NCBI RefSeq assembly: GCF_009914755.1
Contig: NC_060938.1
From: the human T2T-CHM13v2.0 reference genome, Homo sapiens
Length of the DNA: 64,000 nucleotides
Strand: one strand, 5' to 3'
Shown in pieces: positions 15,831 through 29,056 of this stretch. The translations under genes were made by a program, and so were the position numbers. Each line of letters begins with the position of its first letter. The stretch's first letter is position 1. Under the pieces are notes generated by a model, which was not told the origin of the DNA, made no database searches, and was given only the letters and a program-made list of their open reading frames with translations.

Positions 15831-16185
15831 GTAAGTGCTTATGTATTTACTGGCTGTGCTAGTCTGCTCCTTGGAGGAGGAGGCAGAGGGGAGTTTTATG
15901 GAGCAACTTAGAAATCAGGCTTCAGAGTTCAAAGAGATCTTAAAGATTTGTACGTTGTAACAGTTAAATATGGCAACATCCTAAACCTGTGGCAGTGATT
16001 TTCTTTTCCTTTCTAGACTAGTTTCACTGTATTGTTTTTTTATACCTACAGATGCTGCATTAGTAGCCTCCAGTAAAGATGTTTATTTTAAACTAATTTT
16101 TCTGTCCCTAAATTTTTTTTTTTCCAAAATGGATGATTGCCTCTATCCTCCTATATTCTCTTCCCATTTTTAGACCTTTTCATAG

Positions 16186-16485
<300 letters not shown>

Positions 16486-17031
16486 TGTGAAATATCTTTT
16501 TGTTCTAATTACTGTGGTGAGTGCTGTAGGAAGCCTGTATGTAGCTACAGGAAAATAATTCTGCCAATTCTTGTGACAGCCTTGTCCCCTAAAATGGTTG
16601 GTTCTTTCATATATCTTGTATGCATCATGGTCAGTACCCAGTTATGATCCTATACACATCCAACTCGGGCTAATTTTACATAGAAAATAAAGATGTGGGT
16701 GTGGTTTATGCCCTTCATGAGTTGAGACTCTTGTCACTGCACAGCTGAGAGATCATTGGTGTCACAGTGTAATCTTGGGTTTATTTCTGTTGTTCAGTCT
16801 TTTACATTCCATTACAAGCCTTTTTCCTTTGAAGAGGTTTTTTTTTTTTTTTGTTTTTGCAAAACATTCACATACATTTAATCTCTTTCTCCTCCTCTGA
16901 TTACATCTTTTCTCTATTCCCTTCTTTGTCTTTACTTAATTATTCCAACATCTTATCTTCTTCTCCCTTCTGTAATTTTCCTATCACTTCTTTTATTGTT
17001 TTCTTTCCTGTTATTCTCTCCCTCTCTTTAG

Positions 17032-17071
17032 TTTCTGGTTACCATCAGCTGGGAAAAGAGAACGAAATCAG
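17032..17071 (+). CDS. GPATCH2L: GPATCH2L alternative exon A (40 nt): (D)FWLPSAGKRERNQ
   Basis: Very long pyrimidine tract + AG (17030-17031), strong CAG|GTAAGA donor. Phase 2 to 0 fits between the flanking exons. Confidence 0.85.
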
Positions 17072-17127
17072 GTAAGATCATTTTTCTTTGTCATCTTTAT
17101 TTTATCATTTGGTTTCCTTTTCTTTAG

Positions 17128-17182
17128 AAAGAATAAAGCGTTGGCTTCTGATTTTCCTCACATTTCTGCTTGTGCACATGAG
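17128..17182 (+). CDS. GPATCH2L: GPATCH2L alternative exon B (55 nt): (E)KNKALASDFPHISACAHE
   Basis: tttctttAG acceptor (17126-17127), GAG|GTAAGG donor. Same phase (2 to 0) as exon A. Confidence 0.87.
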
Positions 17183-17502
17183 GTAAGGTTTCCTCTTTCT
17201 TGTTATTTTGATTTTCTTGGAGAACCGTTTTCTAAGAGTATCCAACACTTACTGGTAAAAACTGCAGCTAATTCCTCTTTGTAGGTTCAACTGTGATCAT
17301 TAGTTTCTTGTAGCATATATTTCATAGGAATCCTGTTTTTATTTTAGTTTTGAACTTTGCAGTAAGAAAGCAGAATGAATCTGATTTGCATATGGTTTAG
17401 TTCAACATCAGAATCCTGCATTGAGAAGTACTATGTTGAAGCCTAAACGTATGGAGCAGAAGGTAGAGCTGCTTTGGGTGAAGTGGGGTCAAAGCCTTAG
17501 AG

Positions 17503-17958
17503 CAGTGGTCCCCAACCTTATGTCACCAGGAACCATTTTTGTAGAAGACAGTTTTTCCATGGACCCGGGTTGGGGGCGTGGTGAGGGGGGTGGTTTTGGG
17601 ATGATTCAAATGCATTACATTTATTGTGTACTTTATTTCTGTTGTTATTACATTGTAATATATAATGAAATAATTATACAACTGGTCATAATGTAGCTTG
17701 TGCTCCTGCAACTACACAGTCCCACCTGGGGGTGATGGGAAACAATGACAGATCATCAGGCATTAGGCTTTCATAAGGTGTGCACAACCTAGGTCCCTCT
17801 CATGCTCGGTTCACAGTAGGGTTTGCACTCCTATAAGAATCTAATGTGGCTGTTGATCTGACAGGAGGTAGAGCTCAGGCGGTAATGCCCACGATGGGGA
17901 GCAGCTGCTTGCTGACAGCTCACCTCCTGCTGTGCGGCCCCGGGGTTGGGGACCCCTG
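17503..17958. mobile_element. MER1A-like hAT-Charlie element with intact 8-bp TSD
   Basis: Terminal inverted repeats cagtggtccccaacc / ggttggggacccctg. TSD ccttagag at 17495-17502 and 17959-17966. Confidence 0.88.
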
Positions 17959-19009
17959 CCTTAGAGCCTCTCCTTCTTAGTCTTTTCCCTGGCTACCCCC
18001 TGAGGGGCCCCTTGGCATATTTAGGCCCATGTGGAGGGCTCACAATTTAAAAATTAACTCACAGTGGTTATCGATATGTTTCTTTATGTGTGAAGCTTTG
18101 TGATTTTTTTGGAGGATTGCATTATCTTGGTGATTAGTTGTAAAATAGATGAACACTGACAGGTGAAAAGTTGTAGGCTTCCTGTTTGTTGTGGGTTTTT
18201 TTGTTTTTTTTTTTTTAACAACTTAGTAGCTTACTGAGTTGATATACACGATCCACATTTTAGACTTGGAATCTTCATTATGAATTTGCTGTTTCAAAAT
18301 GAACTAGAGTGATAGAAGACATAACTGGTGTATATGTATGAGATGATTTTAGATGGCATATAGATGCCCAATTTTTAAGTTATGTATTATAGTGTACATT
18401 GGAAAAGATGTAATTATGGTATCAAGCCTGTTATTTCACGGAAATATAGTAAGGACAAAGCTGAGCAAAAATAATTGATATGAGGAAAAATAATAAGTAA
18501 ACAGTAGTACAGGTTGTAGGCAGATAAGGAAAGTCATGAAGGTGGTATGTGAGAGACTGCAGTTTGGGGAACACTAAGCTAGAGCACTAATCATGTTTGC
18601 ATCAGAGGATCCAAAGGCAGAAGGGGACCTGTGGCAGTCACCTGATCCAGATCCGTTATTTGCAAATGACGAACTGGAGATCTGTAAGATTCAAACTATT
18701 TGCCCAAAGTGATACAGCTAATAGAACCAAGATTGGAACCTCTGTGGCAGATAGAACAGTTGCTTAGTTTGTATTCTCATAAAACAAGTTTGAAGTTATC
18801 ATTCCGGGTTCTTCCAGTCTTTGTATGTCAGAGGGTATTAAGTTCTAAACTTTTTAGAGAGGACTGTTATGTTGTGGGAAAAGTCCAAAGAAAGCTAGCA
18901 AACATAAAGTGAGGGATCTCCTTTGATCCTCACAGCCACCTTTTGAAGTCAAATAGATGTTTTGCAGATGAGAAACTGAAATTATACTCTGAAAGCAATA
19001 TTTCATTTA

Positions 19010-19354
<345 letters not shown>

Positions 19355-19890
19355 TCATTTAACAGATAAGGATAGTAAAGCTCAGAGGTTATGTAATTTT
19401 TAACACCCAGTATCTCAGTGGTAGATTGGAACTAAAAGGTGTTCTGATTCTTAGTCTAGTTCTCTTTCCACAATACTATGCTGCTGTTATGTGTCAACCG
19501 GTTATTCTTGGAAACATTTGCCAGGATAAGGAAATGAAAAGGTAATTTCATGCTAATCTTCTTGGGAACAAGGGCTGATACATAGTTGATAATCAGCAGG
19601 CACAAGTTCCTGTTATATCATGTGGAAAAAACTGTCTTCTGCCATTTAAGTGACTATTGTATGTCAGAAGTTTTTGAAAAATTGTTGTTTAATAAGGAAT
19701 AGCTTTTTTTTTCCGAGGTGTGCTAGATCAGGTTTGGTACATTCATAGGCAAACTATGAAATATGTGTGACTTTACTGAACAGTGCCTGTGTTTGGTATA
19801 ACAAGAGTTGGATAGTCAAAGGGGAAAAGTAATCAAATGTAGGTTACCCTTTAGGATCAGGTCCGTTTCATGTAAGCCTTACTAAAATAG

Positions 19891-19995
<105 letters not shown>

Positions 19996-21220
19996 TAATT
20001 GTCTTTTAGTAGCGGTTATTTGCTTCTGGACAATACTATATTCCTTTCTATTACCCCTCAAATTATAGAGTATGCTTGTGTACAGTATCCAATTTGATCC
20101 TGACAATCTTTTGAGGTAAATAGATGTTTTACAGATGTAGAAACTGAGGCAGAGCAGTGAAGTATCTTTCCTGTGGTCCAAGGCTAGTATGTGATTAAGT
20201 CTCAACTTTGACCTAAGTCTTCTGGCTCATATTTCATTTTATTTCTGCTGCTAAAAGCCCCATCTTCAAACAACATTATTAATGTTCCTTGCCATGAGCC
20301 TGCAATACCCTGCATAATCTGACTTCTCCCTACATGTACAGCCTCCTTTCGTATAATTTTCTCCCTCTGTGGGGGAGAGATCCAGCAGTACTAGGGAGCT
20401 CTGTTTTGTTCTTCAAAAATTGCAGCAGTCCTTTCCTGCCGCTGAACCTTTGCACTTCTTCCCTTTGACTGGAAAACTGTCTTTGAGCTGCTGCTTGTCT
20501 CAGCTCAGGTGCCACCTCGTCAAGGAGGACCACTCAGACCATCCCGTCTAAGGGGCCACCTCCAGCACTTCCTGCTCGTTATCTGTTTGTTTCCTTTATG
20601 GCTCTATCACAGTCTGAATTGGATTTGCTTATTAGTTTATTTTAGTTGGTTTGGTTTTTCTTTTTTAATTTTTTTCTTTTTCACTTTATCCTTCAGTCTC
20701 TCCCACTAGAATATAAGCTTCAAAGTACTGGGATGTTGTCTTGTTCCCTGATAACTTCATAACACCTAACACAGTATCTGGGACTTGTTAGGCATTAACA
20801 TATATTAGTCAAACGAGTGACTCCTTACAAATATAAATTCTTTTAGGTGACATGGGAAGTAAATATGGTTTTAATTGTAGCACCCCCTACAGGGCTGTTA
20901 TGCAGAAAAGAGTAGCTAATAGGCTGGACCCTAGAAGTTGTACTGTTTCTGGTGGCACAAAGAATTTCTTTCCAAGGTTCTGATGACTCTTTTTTATTCC
21001 TAATAAGTTCTTAAATGGTTATGTTCATAGCTTTTGAGGTTCAGGCTGCACAAAGAAGTTACTTTCATGGATACAGTTAGAACTTCTACTATGGGCTATA
21101 ATAATAAATTTTGCACCATAACCTACTGCCAGGTCTTTCTACTGAAGAAGTGGTATTTCTGTATGGAATGTCTTTTGAAAAGAGAGACCATCACAAATGG
21201 TGTTATTAAGAATGTTGAAC

Positions 21221-21529
<309 letters not shown>

Positions 21530-21542
21530 AAGAATGTTGAAC

Positions 21543-21756
21543 CAGAGTGAGACCTTGTTTCTACAAAATTTTTTTTTTTTTAAATCATTTGTGTCTGGTG
21601 ATGTACACCTGTAGTCTCAGCTACTTGGGAGGCTGAGGTGGGAGGATCACTTGAGCTCAGGAGGTCAAGGTTGTAGTGAGCTGTGATGATGCCACTGCAC
21701 TCTAGCCTGGATGACAGAGTGAGACCCTGTCTCAAAAAAAAAAAAAAAAAAAAGAA
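21543..21756 (+). mobile_element. 5'-truncated AluJ (right arm)
   Basis: gggaggatcacttgagctcaggaggtcaaggttgtag... followed by A tail. Confidence 0.85.
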
Positions 21757-23170
21757 AAGAATGTGGAAAATTGTGGAATGATATAAACTATTAGTAGTAA
21801 GGCCTTTCCTTCAGTAGCATGATGTTTATTCATCATTAATTCATTCAGCGTTTGCTGGAACCCTACTATGAGCCAGCTCTTTGTTTAGATACTGCCCTCA
21901 AGGAGCTTACATTCTCATGGGAAAGTCAGGTATGGAAGTTGACAACTACAATAAAGGTTTGAAAAAGCACAGAGGAGGGGCCCCTAATGTCAAGGCTCAG
22001 GGAGATCTTTTTAGAGGTGGTTGTGCTCAAGCTGTCATAGAAGACAACAGGATTTTAATCCATAGGAAAACAGTCCTTTAGCTTTTTGTCTTAATACCAA
22101 ATAAAATAATGTCTGTGTATACTGTTTGGGAAAATGATTTGAGTAGCATGATATCATGTCAGAATGCTGAAAGTGGATTACTTTCCCTCCTCTCTTTACC
22201 TCTGCTACCTAGAGCTGTGCTGTGCTGAGATCAGTATTCGTACTTTTGTCAGGTTTCCTGTTTCCTTTAAAAGCCTTATCCTGTGGCTGGACTAGGCATC
22301 AGCTTCTTGTTTCTTTGTGTATCTCATTATCCATACCACTGTCTTCACTCTTTTGCCTGGCAGTGTTTGTGGCTGAACTTGGAAACCTGAGGAAGTCTCT
22401 ACTATGCTTCTGGTATGCTCAGCTCTAGGGTAATATTGCTTATTGTTTTAGACCATTGCTGAAAGCAAAGGAAAGAGAATGTGGACAATCATGCATCGTC
22501 TTTGTCCTTACTTCTAGACGTCATACCCAGGGCAGTAGATACCAAGTGGGTTGCATACATGAAGGTTCTTTGGGAAAGGGAAAGAAAATTTTTAAACTTA
22601 CATTTATTTATAGCAAAAAAATTATAGCAAAATTTTTTTTGTTTTAAATTATACATATGTGTCTAGTAGCACGTATTTATATTTTATGTATATGTACTAC
22701 ATACATAATTTTTTTTCAGATTTTTTACTCATGAGGGTGCACCTCAATAAAGCTTGGCAACCACTGCTTCATGGGAAATGATCAGCGCAAGTGACTTCTA
22801 TGCAATTTTTAGAAAATGTGAATGATGACATACTGAGCTCTCAGGGCAACTGGTCACTCCTTTGTAATCGTTCCTCCCCAGCAAGGGGTTAGTGAAGATG
22901 GAACCGTCTAGCTCCAGTGTGGCAGACTGATGAGATTGGATTCAGAACTGGGCAGTAGGCTTTGCAAAGAGTGGATCATTTAGCAAAAGCCTGGCACCAA
23001 GGAGGAGTGTGAAGGAGTAGTGGCAGGGAAGAGGCAGGTGAATGACTATACTAAAAACTGTTTCCAGTGGAAATTGTGTCTTTTTCTTGTCCCATTTTAT
23101 TTGTAGTAGGGAAACATTTCTTTCAAAGCACCTGGGCAGCATTGGAAATTTCACATGCATCATTAGCATG

Positions 23171-23172
<2 letters not shown>

Positions 23173-23209
<37 letters not shown>
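23173..23209. repeat. (GT)n microsatellite
   Basis: Read directly. Confidence 0.97.
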
Positions 23210-23210
<1 letters not shown>

Positions 23211-23873
23211 CGACAATGTTATCATTAGTGGTATAATTTTATTTTGCAAAGAGAGAAGTGTTTCCTGTTTTATCACAGCTTTCCCCGAGGAGGGCTGGTG
23301 TATTAATTTGCTGTATTGCCTCCTGGCTGTTCCCAGGCTGTTTTTCCTCTTCATCATGGAATTTTTAATGGCCCTACTGCCTCTTGGGAAGCATGTGAGG
23401 AAGAGTTCCTCAGGGAGTGCTTCCCTTTTTTCACATGCCTATAATTACTCTCCTTTAAGAGCACAAAGAGTTTGATAATCATGCCTGAACTATGAAGGTT
23501 CCCTCCTGTCAGGTTACTGAGCTGAGGCTGCTTCTTGCCTGGACACTGCCAATTCCATTCTCCCAAGCAAGAGCAAGGGCTTTTCAACAGTTTCCTCCCT
23601 GCTAGAACCATATGCCCTTCTGGTTCTCAGAATAGGTGGGGGCGGGGGGCATTGGGAGGATGGTGCATGACCTAAAATCCTCTCTTGTTTAATATTTCAT
23701 TGCTATAAACAAATAAATAATTGGACCATAATATTAAAATAACATTTTATTGATGTAGCGTTATAATACAGCCCAGATGACAGGTGCAGTGGATGGGAGG
23801 GAGAGTTTTGTGGTCTTTGTACCATCTAATAGATTTGTGGATTTCAGGAATAGCACTCTGGAAATAGTTAACT

Positions 23874-24053
23874 TGGTGGTTTTCAACCCTGGCTGCAAGT
23901 TGGAATCACCTAAGAAGCTTTAAGAAAATATATCCGTGCTGGGCCCCACTTCCAGAGATTCTGATTTAATTGGTCTGGGATAAGGCCTAGACATTGGCAT
24001 TATTTTAAAGCTCCCTAGGTGATTAATATGCCAGCCAGGGTTAAGAACTGTTG
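23874..24053. mobile_element. MER5A
   Basis: gtggttttcaaccctggctgca...agagattctgatttaattggtctggg...gggttaagaactgttg. Confidence 0.8.
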
Positions 24054-26714
24054 TCCTAAATGCATATGGTTTTGTGACTGGTGCTTTGTAATTTGCTTAA
24101 TAGGGTCTCCCCTTTCATAATTGGTGCAAACTCTGTACTTTGGTATGGTATGCACCATTCCTTACGGGAGGTAGACCTCTGGACTTCTCTTAGCTTTGGA
24201 GAACCTACTGCAGGTAGAGAAGAGTGTTAGTATCTGCACGGTGCCCAGCACATAGTTCTTAATAAATGGATCAGGGGCAGAGTTTTGTCAGGTGGATATA
24301 TGGATAGTTGGATTGTTGGCTGGGTGTGTAGATGAAATCCATAAACCAAGTGTTTTGGTTTGGTTGTTTTGGTTGCTAGTATTGGGATTTGCTGTTAAAG
24401 GTGTGATACCTGGTATTGGTGTTAAGAATTGCTGCTGCCCAAACAGCAGATGGTGTGATTGGCGTTCTGGTAGAGGCAGTGGTATTGTTAAGGGCACAGT
24501 CACAAACTTGTAATAAGAAGACTAGTGCTGCAAGCAGTTTTTCCCAAAATGAGAGATTTGTTGATTGTGAAGGATAGTTTTTCTTACTATTATTACCAAA
24601 GAAAATGATAGCTAGGATTTATCAATTGCTACATACAGGTCAGTTGCATCTATGTGATTCATCAATCACCAGTTGCAGTTTTTGAGTGCAAAAACTTTTC
24701 ATGGCAGTGTTTTAGTTTTCTCCAACTCAAAGGAAAGGTCAACTTTTAGTGACCTTTCCTTTATTTTGGAAGATAATTTGGTCAAGCATTACCATTTTAA
24801 TTTATTCTTTCTTTAAGCTCTGAAATAGCAAAGCACTGATATCTTCTTTTCATATAGGTCAGCTTCCTTTGTAAATAAACTATTTTTTCTTTGAGAAATC
24901 TTATTTTTAGTTGTGGTAAGGATGGCAGATATCAGCCTGGTATGCAAATGTTATACGTGTTTCTTAATGAATGGATGAAAAGTTTCATAGCTTCTACTTT
25001 CTTCATAGTCCATTGGCATAGGTGGTAGGAGATTAAGAGTGTAGATATTAGTGTCAGGCAGACCTGGGCGAGAATCCGGGCTTTACCCAGGCAAATGACT
25101 TAATCTTCCCATACCTCAATTTCTACATCTTTAAAATGGAAATATCAATACTTTTTAAATTGGTTGAATGGGGACCAAAATGAAATAATATATGTAAATA
25201 TTGAGCATCCTGGTAACCAATATTATTTTTGTTATGTAGTTACTGCCCTACCCCATCCTTAGGATAATTGCAATTTTAAAAACTTTGAGTTGGCTTCCAG
25301 AGTCATTTGCTAATTAGATGTAATACTGATTCTTGAGGTGCTTAAATGACCTCAAATGGTCTATAAGAGGAGGCATTTGGACAGAGTTGGGGTTAAAAAA
25401 AAAGAGAGAGAGACCTTCCTGCCCATTAGAGAGTTGAAATAGGATAGGCTGAGCTCATTTGTAATTCATTTTATCTGTTCACAAACGTTATGATCTGCAT
25501 ATCAGAGTTGTGTGCCCAGCTGGCTGTGCCACTTGACAAGGAGTTTCAAAGAGTAAGAAGAAGACTCACTTCATGCTATTAATTTTGACCTTTGGAGCCA
25601 TAATAAACAGCCTGAGGTTTTACCTCAGGGCTTGGGGGAAGGAACCTTTTATTAGTCCTGTATCTGTTGATGCTGTGAAGCACAGTGTTGCTTTCTCACC
25701 TCTTTAATGCCTCAGTTTCAGCCACATGTGTGAAGCAGTTTCTGCTATAGTATTGTCTATAAGGCTGCCCAAGCCTATTGGAATTGCCCATTGTATAGTA
25801 CACAGTTCTTGAATCTTTTGTCCTCTATTGGAGGGTCTCGTTGACAGTGGCTCTCAGCTGGCTGGCATCTTACTGCCTAAGTGGAATGATGAAAGCATTT
25901 TCTCTCTCTCTGTTTTTCCATTGTAAGATACCCATCTTTCCAACTGATGTGAAATGATTTGGCTCTTATGGGCGGCATGAAACAGCTTCATAGATATGCC
26001 TACTTTAGCCCAGCTAAGGGAATTAGATTAGGGAGAATTTTCAGGTGCCAGTGAGCAGTTTGTCACAGACTACTGAGGGTTAGATTTAAGTGAAAATCAT
26101 TAGTGGAATTGCTAGGATCGCTTCCTGTTAGATAAGCCTCCTCTGTTTCCTATGATAATTGTGAAGTGTTTTTTTTTTTCTTTTCTTCCTATCTGCTCCT
26201 AGTGCCATAGGCCTAGATCTTTTCCCAGGTGCAAGTCTATGAAAATATTTCCCCTCCTGACTGCTTAATAAATGTCAGTAAACCTTAAAGGTAAAATCAC
26301 ATGTGAGAAAGGAGTCTCACATTTAATCTAGGGATTAAATCTCTAGATTTAATCCTCCTTTTTCTCCTTTTACCCTAGCACTTACTTGTTCTCTGATTAC
26401 AACTCAGTGTCTCGGAGTATTAATTCTTTCTTTAGGAATTGGCCTTCCTACTGTGTTGTGAGCTCCTGGGGACAGGACCTCAGCTCAGTCATCTTTTATC
26501 TCCCTCTGCACATCCAGCATAGTATGTTACATTGGGTAGGCCTCCATACATTTTTGTTAAAAATAATTGAGGTGAATAGATTAGTAATTAAGCAGAATAA
26601 TTGGAATATATATATGAACTTTGGTCCCTAGAAATATCAAATTTTTTCCTGGTGTTACTTGTGTTAAAGAAAAAGTATAGAAAACAAATACCATTTTTAC
26701 ATTGAATTTTATTA

Positions 26715-29056
26715 ACTTTCTAATTTTTAATTTTTGTGGGTTTGTAGTAGGTGTATATACTTATGGGGTACATGAGATGGTTTGATATAGGCATGTAATG
26801 CGTAATAATCACATCATGGAGAATGGGGTATCCATCCCCTCAAGCATTTATTCTTTGTGTTACAAACAAACCAATTTTACTTTTATTTAAAAATGTACAG
26901 TTAGATTATTATTGACTGTAGCCACCCTGTTGTGCTATCAAATAGTAGATCTTATTCATTCTTTCAATTTTTTTATACATATTAACCATCCACATTCCCC
27001 ACCACCCTCATTACCCTTCCCAGCCTCTGGTAACCCTCCTTCTACTCTTTATCTCCATTAGTTCAATTGTTTTGATTTTTAGATCCCACAAATAAGTGAG
27101 AACATGTGATTTTTGTCTTTCTGTGCCTGGTCTATCTTACTTAATATAATTATCTCCATTTCCATCCATGTTGTTGCAAATAACAGGATCTCATTCTTTT
27201 TTATGGCTGAATAGTACTGCATTGTGTATATGCACCACATTTTCTTTATCCATCATCAGTTGATGAACACTTAGGTTGCCTCCGAATTTTGGCTATTGTG
27301 AACAGGGCTGCAGCAAACCTGGGGGTGCAGATATCTCTTTGATATACTGATTTCCTTTCTTTTGGGTATTTACCCAATAGTGAGATTGCTGGATCATATG
27401 GTAGCTCTATTTTTAGTTTTTTTGAGGAACCTCCAAACTATTCTGCATAGTGGTTGTACTAATTTACATTCCCACCAACAGTGTACGAAGATTACCTTTT
27501 CACCACATCCTCACCAGCATTATTAGTTGTATTTTGGATGTAAGCCATTTTAACTGGGGTCAGATGATGTCTCATTGTAGTTTTGATTTGCATTTTTCTG
27601 ATGATCAGTGATATTGAGCACCTTTTCATATGCCTGTTTGCCACTTGTATGTCTTTTGAGAAATATCTGTTCAAATCTTTTGCCCATTTTTTGATTGGAT
27701 TATTAGATTTTTTTTCTACAGGGTTGTTTGAGCTCCTTATATATTCTAATTATTAACCCTTTGTCAAATGGGTAGTTTGCAGATATTTTCTCCCATTCTG
27801 CGGGTTGTTTATTCACTTTGTTGATTGTTTCCTTTGCTGTGCAGAAGGTTTTTAACTCAATGTGATCCCATTTGTCCATTTTTGCCTTGGTTGTTGTGAT
27901 TGTGGGGTATTACTCAAAAAATTTTTGCCCAGACGAATGTCCTGGAGACTTTTCCCAATGTTTTCTTATAGTAGTTTCATAGTTTGAGATTTCAGATTTA
28001 AGTCTTTAATCTACTTGATTTGATTTTTGTATATGGTGAGAGATAGGGGTCTAGTTTCATTCTTCTGCATATGGATATCCAGTTTTCCCTGCACCATTTA
28101 TTGAAGAGACTGTCTTTTCCCCAGTATATGTTCTTGGCACCTTTGCTGAAAATGAGGTCACTCTGCATGTGTGGATTTGTTTCTGGGTTCTCTATTCTGT
28201 TCCATTGGTCTATGTGTCTGTTTTTATGCCAGTACAATGCTATTTCAGTTACTATAGCTCTGTAGTATAATTTGAAGCCAGGTAGTGTGGTTCCTTCAGT
28301 TTTGTTCTTTTTGTTTAGGATAGCTTTGGCTGTTCTGGGTCTCTTGTGGCTGCATATAAATTTTTGGATTCTTTTTCCTATCTCTGTGAAGAATGTCACT
28401 GGTATTTTGATAGGGATTGCATTGAATCTGTAGATTGGTTTGGCTAGTATGGACATTTTAACAATATTGATTCTTTCAATACATGAACATGGAATATCTC
28501 TCAGTTTTTTTGGTGTCTTCTTCAATTTCTTTCATCCATGTTTTATATTTTTCATTATAGAGATCTTTTATTTCTGTAAGTTAATTCCTAGGTATTTAAT
28601 TTTATTTGTGGCCACTATAAATGGGGTTAATTTTTAAATTTGTTTTTCAGATTGTTCACTCTTGGCATATAGAAATGCTACTGAATTTTTTGTGTTGATT
28701 TTTTATCTTGCAACTTTACTGAACTTGTTTATCACTACTGACAGTTTTGTGGTAGTCTTTAGGTTTTTCCAAATATAAGTTCATATCATCTACAAACAAG
28801 GATACTTTGATGTCTTCCTTTTCGGTTTGGATGCCCTTTATTTCTTTCTCTTGTCTGATTACTCTAGCTAGGACTTCCAGTCCTAAATTGAGTAACAGTG
28901 GTGAAGGTGGGCATCCTTATCATGTTCCATATCTTAGAAGAGAGGCCTTTCAGTTTTTCCCCATTCAGTATGATACTAGCTGTGGGCCTGTCATATATGG
29001 CTTTTATTGTGTTGAGGTATGTTCCTTCTATACCCAGTTTTTTGAGGATTTTTATT
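26715..29056 (-). mobile_element. 5'-truncated L1MA (L1MA1-3-like): 3' UTR plus ORF2 3' part
   Basis: L1MA 3' end motif at 26.73-26.87 kb. ORFs 27998..28525 and 27492..27674 translate to degenerate L1 ORF2p ([26 protein letters not shown]). Confidence 0.92.

Noticed and set aside
24288-24513. Overlapping antiparallel ORFs, one hydrophobic and TM-like
   Set aside because: GT-rich low-complexity composition explains the open frames. No ATG on the + ORF and no splice support.
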